Below are positions 38,301 to 50,210 of a DNA stretch of 64,000 nt, piece after piece. Position numbers and translations under genes: made by a program. The notes beneath the pieces were generated by a model, which made no database searches, was not told where the DNA came from, and worked only from the letters and a program-made list of their open reading frames with translations. This stretch comes from Ostrea edulis (lineage: Eukaryota), in contig NC_079165.1 in assembly GCF_947568905.1 (NCBI RefSeq), positions 88,164,001 to 88,228,000 on the forward strand. Reading direction: 5' to 3'. Within the stretch, counting starts at the first letter, position 1, and the number at the start of each line of letters is the position of its first letter.

Positions 38301-41300
38301 CCAGAATTTCCTGCTTTGATCCAGTAAGTACTGGTTGAGGATGGATTTCCTTGTGTGACAATACACTGGACTCTGACGGAACTGCCCTCAACTGGTTTAA
38401 GATCAGCAATAGGTGATACAAGTGGAGGGTCTAAAAATACATGCAATCAAATTCAATTTTTGTATCAAAAATTAACATAAAAATGAAATGTTGATACGAA
38501 GTACCTTACCTGTTACTACGTGAGTTTTGAAAATCCTCAAACTTACATTGAACATCTACTACGAGGGTTTGGGAATTACTGCCCTTTGATCCCGAGGAGT
38601 AAGTATTTTCTGCGGTACATTTGTAAGTCCCCGAATCATTTCTGTTGATACTAAACAGACGTAAATGTGTACTGTTCTGTTGAAAGGTTTCCTCTCCTGA
38701 TCGTGTCCAGTACATTTCCGTGTTGGGTGGATTGCCCGGAACTACCGTGCATGCGGCAGAGAAATCGGTTAATTCTACTGGATATTGAGGACTGAATGAC
38801 GACACACTGGGGGGATCTATAACAGAGGAATCGGCGGGTTCTCTTAACATATTAAGTGCTGAATGCTAACACAATCTTTGACAGACAGTAATTTATCTAC
38901 ACTTTCCAGAAAAGGGAATCAATTTTCGAATTATACTTGCATTCTAAATCAATCGTTATTGACTGTGAATCCCTCCCTATGTTGCCGTTGAAGACCTATC
39001 ATTGGGTCAAATGCTGTCTGTATTGTTTCATACCGATTGTTATGCCGTTCGTGGCACACTGATTTTGACTACGGATAACTCCGTTTACCTTATCAAGGTA
39101 TAGGGCTCAAGGCGGGTGTGACCGGTCGACATGGGTTGATTACTCCTCCTAGGCACCTGATCCCACCTCTGGTGTGTCCAGGGGTCCGTGTTTGCCCAAC
39201 TGGTTTTTTTTTTTGTTTTTTTTTTATTGCTTATGAGATTGATCACTGTTTGTTATCTTCGCCTTTCACCAAAGAAGCCAGAAATAATCATCTATTACAA
39301 CATGACAAACGGGGTGTTGATTCCATGGATCAAATGGCCCATTCGTATACAACGAAAAGGAGAACCAATATATGGCCTGTTGTTCTATTATTGAACATGC
39401 TCGACATCGGCGGGATAGCAACATACCTAGCATGGACTATGGTCTGCAAGGGCCTAGGTCTCGAGGACCCGGTATTGCAATTAGTGCGTTTTTTAAGAAG
39501 TATAATGAAAAGCAAGAGATTAGACAATGTTACGATGGATGATAATAAATTAAGTTATGTATGATAAACTGGAAAATGAGTTCAGTGTGTAACAAATAGG
39601 ATAATGAAATTTATTTCGATTTCAGTCGACGATAATAAGCAAAATTCTATTTTGTGAAAATTGTCAAAATACCAATATGACGTTCATGTTAGATATTTTC
39701 TTGATAAAAAGACATATATTGCACAAATTTATCATAAGAAGTCGGTAACGGTTCAGGCTAGACACACATAAAATAAAAACAGTCTGTCAATATATTTTGT
39801 GGTATGATCAAAATTTCTACTATCAGGCTTCGAAGGCCCCTTCCTGCAATCAGTGTGGGTTTTTTTATCCTGCTACCGAAGGGTTAAATACGTTTTTCAT
39901 GTAAATAGAATGGTGATTAAAGTGCAGCGAAGTATAATATACGAATATGAGTGAACTTGATTTCTATCGGTCCATTTTCAGACCTAGATAAATAGTTCTG
40001 TTCATACTGAGTCACATCATCATAGTTTATTCCCCCCCCCCTCTCTCTCTCTGTCTCTGAGTTTGTTATCAATATGAAACATCGCACTGCTGTCAGACAC
40101 AGTCCTGAGACAGGTAAGACGTGACAGAAGTTTGATTAATTCAAAGAATCACTAACTATTTCCTTCTTATATGAAGAGCACGTATCACGTCCCTCTGGAA
40201 GAGTGCATGCATCTTTTTCTGATCAAGTTAACAAATGACCCAATATCAGCACTTTAGATTTTTAATGTTTAAATGTAATTTAAACATTTCCTTACAACAG
40301 CAATAATGAGCAAGGGAAATGCCTTTGAAAATGTGTGGGTTTTTCTTTTTCGGAATTCTGATTATTTTGTTTTTTTGCAAAAAATCGGTATAAGGAAGAT
40401 ATATGAAACAAAAACAGTTTCAGTAATGGTTTTAGCAAGGCTTTTAATAAGGACAGGTACCCGGCCAGATGTCGCCGTGTTGAATGACATAAATCGCTGG
40501 CTGGAATTTCATCTAACGTGAAGCATTCTGACGTAATACAGTCACACAGTAATGAAATATCAAGATATGTTTTAATCAAACGAATTGTTGTTTATTTGAA
40601 TAATAAATTCCTTGTGCTATTCTGGGTTTTATGAAGGTTTTCTAGTTTTACTGTAAAAGATGTTTCAGGCAATGCCATTTTTTAGTGTGTTCAGTTTTAC
40701 GCCTCATCCTGTTGTAGATATACAGTGTATCACCTTTAGATGAACCGCCATAAAGTTTGATATATGCATAGTGCAGGCTGTCCAGAGGTCCTGAAATTCC
40801 TATTTTTTAGTTTTGCTAAAATTCCTTTAAAAATGTTACAGTCAAGGGAATTCCTAAAAACAAAGGCCATGATTTTTCATGTCATTTATTTTTCATAAAA
40901 ATGCATTCATACTAAATGTGTCTTAATGTAGTTTGTAGATCTTATTCAGATAATGCAGTGAAAGGCAGTTAACCAGTGGATCCATTTGTCAAGCTTGTTT
41001 ATTGATTTTGACTCTGTGATAAAGATGTGATTATTAAGGTAGATAGATAGCAATACTTTTAAGCATTAATTCCCAATGAAGTTCATGCTCCTTCATGGAG
41101 AGTGTAGCATGCAGTATGCTTCTTTATTTATTTGAGCCAAGTGACTCATCAGAGTAACAAGTACAACAAAAATGGCAGACAATCTAGAGAGAGAAAGAGT
41201 GAACTTACAAAGGAAACAGGAAAAATGAAAAATTAACGTGACAGTATTGAAGCACTGAAATATTTTACTAATTTCAAAAGATTGTCGACATTGTTGATAG

Positions 41301-44300
41301 TTAATAATTGAATTAATTTAAAAACATTCGGTCTAGAATGATGATAATTTTTTTCAAAACGTTTTCTTCAAATCGTTATACAGTGTACATTTTAATAAAA
41401 TGAAATTCGTCTTCAATATTATGAAGGTTACAACATTTACAAATCTATGCGATTCAGTTACGTGATGATGTCTGCCTACTTCAGAATTCAAAAGATGGTT
41501 AGAAAACAACTTCCTGTAGGTTTTGTTAAATCTGTTTGCAGGCAGAAATGATCAATGAGGTGTAGATGTAAACAGGTAAATAGCCTTTCGAAGAGCTAAA
41601 AATATCATATGACATGTAGCTAACAATATCATAATATGACATGTTTTGTTTACATGCTCTAGAAGTCTTTGTTTTATAACAGAAAAAAAACCCATTTATA
41701 ACAGAAAGTACCCTATACACATATTTAGATATATAGAGAAGTATTTCCTTTTTACTCTTAAGAAGCTTTAGTAAAACCATTATTTATGTACAATTACAAT
41801 TGTGAATGCATTCAACATTTTCAGTAGGCACTGTTTTGTGTGTTATATTAATTAATAGTTTACTTAATAATCTTGCTGTTTAGTCAAAGTGCATAAATGT
41901 CTGCGAGCTACATTCACTTCAGTCAATGCGTAACACGTAAGTAAGTAGAAAACTAAATTTTCAATGCAAGATTTTATTGTACAATTTAAAAAAAAGTTTG
42001 TTAAAAATAATGGTGAGGAAATGTAGTAATTATTAGGGGGAGAAGAGGAGGCCACATAAATTAAGCACTGATTGTTATTAAGGCGTATAGATAGTGGGCA
42101 ATTGACAATCTCATTTTTAGAATATGGTTCTGACAATAATTGCATCATTCTGTATATTTCAGGTTATAGCCAATGATAGCTGAGACAATGGAACCCTGGT
42201 AGACGCTCTTCCTGCACTTGAAGTTTTTTTTTTGGTAGTTTTATTGTTATTAATTTGCATAGGTAAGTCCAATTAGATGTTCAAAACTGTCCTATTTTAG
42301 TTATGAAATTCTTAATTTTAACTATAAATTAGCCCATAGAATTTCTTACTTTTATCCCTAAGATTAGCCCTTATTTTTTTGTCAAAAAATGTTGGACAGG
42401 CTGATAGTGCATACGGCTCTACATAGCAGTAAGCCGTGCTAACATCTACCTTGATACGTTTTTAAGGTCATATCCAAAAGAACTACATGTATGACTTTAA
42501 ATTCTTATGCCGGGCAATTAACGAGGGAATGTTTAGGCGTCATAGGGTTGACGTATCGCCAGGATCGACAATCAAACCCTAGTCTTCCCGTTGCCTGGCA
42601 AGGGTTTTTAGCATTAGCCTATCGGAACAGGCAAGATGTACATAAAAAGGTGAAGATAACGAACAGTGATCAATCTCATATCAGGACGAACAAGGACCTT
42701 TAGAAAGACCACAAGAGTGATCAGGTGCCTAGGAGGAGTAAGTATCCCCTGTTGACTGTTTACATCCATCGTAATTCCTCTATCTTGATTAGGTAAACAT
42801 GTATCCTGCTCACACACACACAATCTCAAACTTACACTGAACGTTTATGGACATCGTTTGACTGTTTGATCCGCCACCTCCTATGGAGTATACATTTTCT
42901 ACTGTACAAACATAATCTCCCGAGTCACCTCTCTGTATATTTGTCATATTCAATGTTTGGTCATTTTGTCTTAATCCTAAATTTGATATAGTCCAGTACA
43001 CAATGGTGCTGTTTGGATTTCCCGCGCTGTAATTACACGTGACAGTAATGTCGTCCCCTTCCATGATATCGACAGAATTAAAAGAAGAGACCGTAGGCGG
43101 ATCTAAAATTAACAGTGTTTAAACATGAATATGACACAATGCAGTCATTAGGGGAAAACATATCATAGGTTGATAACGTCCATTTCACTCCTGGGGACAT
43201 TTGATGTTTGATTCATTGATAATTATATGATCATGTGCATTTTAATTTTACATAATCTCACTTAGATCATTAACAGAATATCAAATATGATTTGTTTTCC
43301 CCTGAAAAGTAAACGCCACATTTTAGAATTATTGGACTATGTTGAATGTGTTTGGGTACTTTTTTTTTTTTTTAAAGGGTAGCATGGTAAAACACCGGTT
43401 GAAAAGTTATTTGCACACAATATGACTGAAAAAACAAATTTGTATACAGATGGAGGCTACAGAATGGTGATGAAAGACGATTTATACCCACTTCGCATGG
43501 AAGAAATCTTTGTTTTACCCTGATCTTTGGACGCCGTACTTACACTGAATGTCGATAGCCATTGTCTCAATATCCGTCCCTGTATTGAAGCTGCTGTAGA
43601 CGGTTTTTGTAGTGCATATATATGTCCCAGCACTGCTTCTCTGGATGTTTTCGAGACTAAGTGTCTGTGAATTTTGTCTGAATGTAGATGCTTGTCTTGT
43701 CCAGTACACTGTCGTGGTATTCGGGTTTCCAGCGCTGTAATAACACGTGATCGTGACGTTACTTCCTTCAGCGACTGTACGGTCACTCAGAGGTAATACC
43801 GCTGCAGGATCTAGAATGAAAAGTGCGAAGTGTTGTGATTATGTTATACACTTCCTGACATGAATTTTTGTTTGTTTAGTTGGTTTTCATATGTACGGCA
43901 CTACAAGATTATTTCACTTTTATTGAGACGTCACCTGTCTACACTGTGTGTCTGGCGCTATGGGTTGTAGTATTGAGGGGTCTCTAACATGACAACGCCT
44001 GTCGCGACACGGAACCACTTGTTTTTCAGATCGCATACCCCCCACCCCCCAAGCACCGAAAACTCATTTCTAAATGCTGAGGTTTGACCATGAAGTAGCA
44101 ATCACTACCTATGTTTACGTTTTAAGCTTGGCGCGGCCAAGGCACGAGCGGACTCGCGAACTCACGACCTCCCAGTGGCGCTCGGAACAGTGAGTCCCCG
44201 CGGCCGATATGCTTGCACGGTCGTATTAAAGGAGGAAGAGCAGCGTCAACCAAATGAATTCACGTAAAAAGGAAACATGCGCCATGATAATAGAATTTCA

Positions 44301-46682
44301 AAACTCACAACACTATGGACAATTTCCGAAGCTAAGAATGATAACTTTAAATTTCCGGATCACTATAGAAACATTTTATGTTTTGTTACTAGCTACGAAT
44401 AATAACTTTAAATTTCCGGATCACTATAGAAACATTTTATGTTTTGTTACTAGCTACGAATAATAACTTTAAATTTCCGGATCACTATAGAAACATTTTA
44501 TGTTTTCTTACTTGACATGAGCTGCTCTGGCATTTTGCTCACAATAAAATATTCAAGTTCGGAAATAAAAAAAAAAACCAAACAACTTATTAGGACAATC
44601 TATAAACATTTGTTTCATAAGGGCAGGGAAGGAACATGAATATTAGGATAATTACACAAATACAAAGAACGTTATATTAGGACAACAAAAATGAACAACT
44701 CGGAAACATTGATATTAGGACAACTACGGTACATTAGAATTAGAACAAGTAAGGAAAATCAACAAAAGGACAATTATAGGGAACATTGATATTAGGACAA
44801 ACAAATACCATTCATATTTGGAAAACCACAGGAAACATTGACATTAGAACTACGGAACACTGACATTAGAACTGCAGAACATTGACATTAGAACTACGGA
44901 ACATTGATATTAGAATTACGGAACATTGACATTAGAACTGCAGAACATTGACATTAAAACTACGGAACACTGACATTAGAACTGCAGAACATTGGCATTA
45001 GACCTACGGAACATTGACATTAGAACTACAGAACATTGACATTAGAACTACAGAACATGGACATTAGAACTACGGAACATTGATATTAGAATTACGGAAC
45101 ACTGACATTAGAACTGCAGAACATTGACATTAGAACTACGGTACATTGACATTAGAACTGCAGAACATTGATATTAGAATTACGGAACATTGACATTAGA
45201 ACTGCGGAACATTGACATTAAAACTACGGAACACTGACATTAGAACTGCAGAACATTGACATTAGAACTACGGTACATTGGCATTAGAACTGCAGAACAT
45301 TGACATTAGAACTGCGGAACTTTGACATTAGAATTGCGTAACATTACCATTAGAATTGCGTAACATTGACATTAGAACTGCAGAACATTGACATTAGAAC
45401 TACGGTACATTGACATTAGAACTACGGAACATTGACATTAGAACTACGGAACATTGACATTAGAATTACGGAACACTGACATTAGAATTACGAAACACTG
45501 ACATTAGAATTACGAAACACTGACATTAGAACTGCAGAACATTGACATTAGAACTACGGAACATTGACATTAGAACTACGGAACATTGACATTAGAACTG
45601 CGGAACACTAACATTAGAATTACGAAACACTGACATTAGAATTACGAAACACTGACATTAGAACTGCAGAACATTGACATTAGAACAACGGAACATTGAC
45701 ATTAGAACTACGGAACATTGACATTAGAACTGCGGAACACTAACATTAGAATTACGAAACACTGACATTAGAACTACGGAACATTAACATTAGATATAGA
45801 CCTCACGGCGGATGTGACCGGTCAACAGGGGATGCTTACTCCTCCTAGGCACCTGATCCCACCTCTGGTATATCCGTGAGTCTGTGTTTGCCCACGAGTG
45901 AGTACAATGATTGAGTTTTTCATTAACTGGGCTTGACGCCTTTCTAGATTTGGTCAGACTGCAGGACACAAAGGATAGTAAATATTCTGTTATAATATAT
46001 TGACGTGTTTCGTTTGAAGTTCATGTACATACATGTATTCTTGAACATAAATAGGCGTTAGGAACTGTGTGCTTGCCTGTTTCATATAATGAAGATATAT
46101 ATAACAAGAGGCTTAATACAAAGGAAGGAAGGCAAATTAAAAGGTTAAAGTTTAACCTACATTGAACCGTTAGAGTAGAGTTATATTCCGGATCAGTGTT
46201 GGTTCCTACCACTAGAGTGAACTTCCCGGCGTCAGACCTCCGGGTGTTGGTGAAACAAACAGACAACACATTGCTGCTCTCGCTACACGAAAACGTTCTG
46301 TTCCAAGCGTTCAGCGTCAATACATTAGCACCATCTACTTTAATGCACAGTGATTCCGTGTCTTTTTGAATGTGTATATTACTCGTTGTGTTTGGCATCA
46401 CAAAGGGAATGCACGTATTGGATCCAATTTCTGATATAACATTACTTTGGCAACCTGTTAATAACAATAGATATGAAATTAATTATGCCCCCCCCCCCCC
46501 TCTTTCAGGGGGGAGACATATTGTTTTTGTACTTAACATTTTGTTTCAGTTAAATTAATTGTAAACAAATATAGACAATGTCTAGGTATGTGACAGCCTA
46601 CCTTGAAATAAGGTAAGAGAAACTTACTTATAAAGAAGGAAAGGTCCATCACCAATATTGTCAAGAACAGAAGCCTGGCCAT
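31468..46682 (-). CDS. Type I membrane Ig-superfamily receptor, 894 aa: SP - V-like Ig - 6 Ig - FN3 - TM - Tyr-motif tail (nephrin/CD22/hemicentin-like)
   Basis: 13 exons, all GT-AG and phase-matched: 46628-46682, 46161-46454, 43544-43810, 42836-43102, 38547-38816, 38161-38430, 34790-35050, 33145-33438, 32702-33007, 32024-32131, 31901-31931, 31731-31813, 31468-31646; total 2685 nt. SP MARLLFLTILVMDLSFFIS; Ig motifs C..GNP..YW..D/S.G.Y.C; FN3 with VTW, YSI, FFFRV; TM VSIAVGGVLGPLLLLSIVALVLVTY. AATAAA near 31395-31405. Donors at 32701 (GTTATT) and 38160 (GTTTGT) are weak. Confidence 0.88.
33575..34130 (+). mobile_element. Penelope-like retroelement fragment: RT C-terminus plus 3' end (family A)
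   Basis: Degenerate KRDDFSFSIV..P.LCSNIPLSP.YGVYISQLIRYARACS; this YDKRDDF/SNIP/SQLIRY pattern is, from my knowledge, PLE-type RT. Confidence 0.78.
34458..34779 (+). mobile_element. tRNA-derived SINE
   Basis: GACCGGTCGCGGTAG...TGGCAGAGCG...GAGTTCGAGTTCC head, shared body, AAACAAACAATC tail. Confidence 0.8.
35293..35359. repeat. (TA)n microsatellite
   Basis: Pure TA run. Confidence 0.95.
35397..35437 (-). ncRNA. Minimal type I hammerhead ribozyme (inverted copy)
   Basis: Reverse complement is identical to 35775-35815. Confidence 0.75.
35775..35815 (+). ncRNA. Minimal type I hammerhead ribozyme
   Basis: TTGTC CTGAAGA A GGGACG GGT CGTCCC GAAA A TTT GACAA: stem I 5 bp, CUGANGA core, one extra A, stem II 6 bp, GAAA, loopless AAUU stem III. 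Confidence 0.78.
36030..36910. mobile_element. Helitron/Helentron-like non-autonomous repeat(s)
   Basis: Hairpin end AATAGGTC..CAGAGTGACTCAGGTAACCTAATAA (about 36355-36390, similar to 49446-49480); internal 141-bp diverged repeat (GACCTTTGATCTAG at 36597 and 36738). Confidence 0.45.
38995..39268 (+). mobile_element. Penelope-like 3' fragment (family A)
   Basis: Matches 33880-34130. Confidence 0.75.
42646..42806 (-). mobile_element. Penelope-like 3' fragment (family A), inverted
   Basis: AAAGGTGAAGATAACGAACAGTGATCAATCTC...GATCAGGTGCCTAGGAGGAGTAAG. Confidence 0.7.
43900..44215 (-). mobile_element. Diverged tRNA-derived SINE
   Basis: GCACGAGCGG...GAACTCACGACCTCCC head remnant and body as at 21025-21367. 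Confidence 0.65.
44335..44510. repeat. 61-bp tandem repeat, about 3 copies
   Basis: ATAACTTTAAATTTCCGGATCACTATAG... at 44341, 44402, 44463. Confidence 0.92.
44830..45795. repeat. 22-bp minisatellite, about 43 copies, with degenerate copies upstream
   Basis: GAACATTGACATTAGAACTACG and variants. Confidence 0.96.
45796..45895 (+). mobile_element. Penelope-like 3' fragment (family A)
   Basis: CTCACGGCGGATGTGACCGGTCAACAGGGGATGCTTACTCCTCCTAGGCACC. Confidence 0.7.
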
Positions 46683-49600
46683 CTCGATGTTTCTTTCTCA
46701 AACCGGTTACTTCCTGGCCAGACACGGCTGTAAATTCCGTATTTGTAGTCGTGTATGATATCAGTACGAGGTCTCGACTGTAAATTCCGTATTTGTAGTG
46801 ACGCACAATAGCCAACAAGATGTCTCGAATGTTAATTTAATTTTTTCGATTGATGATGTATATTAACTGAACAATGTGGTGTGTTATGTGAATTTAATTT
46901 TATTAACATATACATGAACATGTATCTCAAATCAACAAAATACAAATCTTAAATTGAGGTGCATCATAGGTGACGGGATAAGCGATAATTTGAAATGGGA
47001 AATTATCTGCAATAGACTGTGTCATCTCAATGTCGCAAAATTTAAATGAAAGGTGAATACCAATGAAAAGTTGTTATTTCAAAATAAACACCATTCCCTT
47101 TGTGTTACAACGCCGATTAAAACCACAATGAGAAACAAAAAATTAAGGAAGTTAGCTCTTTAGCTTTTGAGCAGAACTGCAAGGATGCTATAACATTGTA
47201 TGCAATAATCCCACTGGTGCAAACATTTCATACATGATAGGCGAAGATAACGAACAATGATCATGTATTACTTAACCCCATTTAGTTGAAAACATTTGTG
47301 TCAATTCAAGTTTTGAAAGGGTTTAGCAGGGACTGCATTTTCTGGCGGAAGGATTGTTTGATTAAGACTGCATGATTTTACAGTTTCCGTTTTATACAAT
47401 ACATGTATATCGTCAATTTTTATACCCCTATACTTATATTTCAGTTTTATAATTTATGATACAAGTAGAGACTTGGAACTAATTCAAATGTTGTAATTTA
47501 TAAATTTGGTTGATATATTTTCCCACACAGAACACTGATTCTTTAAAAAAGTCTAGATTAATTTACCCGAAATTTTGTATAAAATTCATTCAAGGTCAAT
47601 AATTCAAAAATTTGATCTATAACCCCTCATTTTAAAAGTTCCAGTTTAAATTTTAACAGAAGGTTTTGTAAATGTGCAATATTAGAAATTGACATTACTC
47701 CTAGTATTATGCCTCAGTATATGAAAATCCTATACAACGCGTAATCTGATTGGTCTATAGATAGACAGTCATGTACAAGGGAGGATAAATAGAGAATGTT
47801 GCAAGTTAGAATCCATATCGTATGTCATATCAACGAATGACTGATATTTACTATAAACCCTCTGAGGCATCCTTCAGACGCTCCAAAATTTCAAGGGCAT
47901 GGCAGTAAGACTAGACTGGATAACTCTTTACACAATGAGATTGGTCACAGTTTTATAAAAACATGCTCACACCACGGTGTTAATTATGCAAATATAGGTC
48001 ACACACTGAAAGTTTTATCAGTTCTATCATAACTCACAGTTAGAAAGTCTTGGAAAACTAATAACCGTATTTGGCTCATCAGTCGCGATATCTGCCACAG
48101 ACTGTAGGAGATATAGCTTACATTCGCCAACGGGTCAACAACCACCGGTCCTCTGTCAAAACCAAGATGATATGAAGCAGTAGCTACGATTTTCCATGAC
48201 AGTAATCACAAACGGGAGGACACCAGTGGTTATTGATCACGATCCAAGTTGGTCGGATTCCGAGAGAAAACAAACGAAAAATCCTGGATGCACAGACTGA
48301 AGACGTTCGACCCTCAAGCTATCAACACACCCACGACTTCACCGGGATGAATAAAGACTGAACCTTTACTAGATTCTGATCTCCATCTACTCGTTTGATC
48401 ATGTCCTCAACACTACGTACAGCCGTATTTTCCATTTGATTTCTAGCTTTAAAACCCTATTTACTTGTTTTACATGTGTACTAGATTAGATACCGGTTTA
48501 TAGGACTGCGTGCTAGTTTTACTTTCCAACATTTTGTATATCTGATAATTATTTGACTTTTCCGTTTCATAAGTTGCTATCCCTTAATTTTCCATTTTCA
48601 TTTTTACTCTGTACCGATTTTCAAATTTATTCACAGCACACAATAAAGAATCTCATCGGGATCTAGTAAATTTCTGCACTGATTACCACCATTATTTAAC
48701 TCATCGTAATTTTAATCCTTCAAGTATGGGGTCATTATCAAATTTCGCAGATTTTTCAGAGTTAGAAATGACAAGAAATGTATAACTCTAAATTCCATTT
48801 TTTTCTAGCATAACATGTTTATCAAACATTACGGTAAAACATATTAGTAATAATACAATATACTTGAAAATGGCATAAATAATTGATATATTTTGGTCTG
48901 ATGTTTTAAAAACTAAGCAATTCTATAATTAAACTGACACAAAATGGTATATCTGAGACACTATTTTAAAAACCTTCCTCTCTTTTTAACATGATACCTG
49001 CATTATTACAAAATGACACAAAAATGTTATTACAGATTAAATAGATTCATTTAAATCTTATTTTATGAAAAGTTTAATAATGCTATACAACCCTCTTTGT
49101 TTGCGATCAAGAAAATTGTTCATGTAACACCAATGACAAAATGTGTTTGACCACTGACAAGTAAATTACACCACTGACATAAAAATAACAGAAGTGGACC
49201 CAAACACTTTAACAGTAAAGCTAGAAATTAATCAATACCACTCCTTTGAATAATATCATACATTTCCTTTCAATGAAAAAGAAATCTGACAAGAATATTT
49301 TTGCTTGTACGTACAAATGATGAAGGTGTGTGTTACACCACTTATATTGTCGTTACTCCACTGATCATAGTGTTTGTGTAAGTTACATACTAGTATGCAA
49401 TAATAAATTATGTCAAAGATAATCACCAAATACAAATTTCAAATATACATCTTTATTAGGTCACCTGAGTTAACCAGGTGACCTATTGCTTTTGGTATGT
49501 GTCTATTGTCATGCGTTGTACATTAACAATTGAACAATTCTAACTTCTTGATAACTACCATTCCAAATTATGATGCATCCTTGGGACAAGGGTGAATAAA

Positions 49601-50210
49601 TTGTAAATTCCAGGACACTTGCACCCCTGGGGCCTCAGGGGATGAACAAAAATTGACCCAGTTTCAAAAATTTTCTTTAAAACCGCAAGTCTGTAAGGAA
49701 AACTAAATTTCATGAAGAGCAGGAAGTCCTCTGCCACAATTGTACATTTCATGGTCCCTGGGCTATAGGACTAAGGTTCTGATTCAGTTAGACTCCAGGG
49801 TGGGGACCAAACTTAGCATATAGTGTGTATTTGTAAATCATTTAAGTAACATTTTCCTTAATGCTTTTGATATTAACTTTAAAGTAATTGGATACTTATG
49901 AGGAGCAGGTCTGTCTTTTACCAAAATTGGAAATGGGGTAGGGGTGTGGTATCAGGGTGGGGTCAAATGGTCATAGTGATTACATGTGTATGTTTGCAAA
50001 TGGACATTGTTTAACTACCTTTCCAATGGGATCCATTTTTCACATTGCAGCACGAGTTATCCCCCCCCCAATCCAGAGGGCGCACAGCACGTTGAGGCCC
50101 CTAAATGATTGCATCATTATAAGGAATATATAGAAAATTTATTATTTCTTATTGTAATTAAGTGCCAGTTGAGGAATTTTCATAGAAATTGTTTCCAGGT
50201 GTCTGTTATT

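Noticed and set aside
41146-41152. CUGAUGA hammerhead core on the minus strand (also 48076-48082)
   Set aside because: No stem II followed by GAAA and no stem I partner.
46600-46627. Alternative donor AAG/GTAGGC for the signal-peptide exon
   Set aside because: Phase 0, incompatible with the phase-1 acceptor of exon 2.
48103-48410. Solo LTR (TG...CA, internal AATAAA)
   Set aside because: No matching TSD, no second copy and no internal domains in the window.
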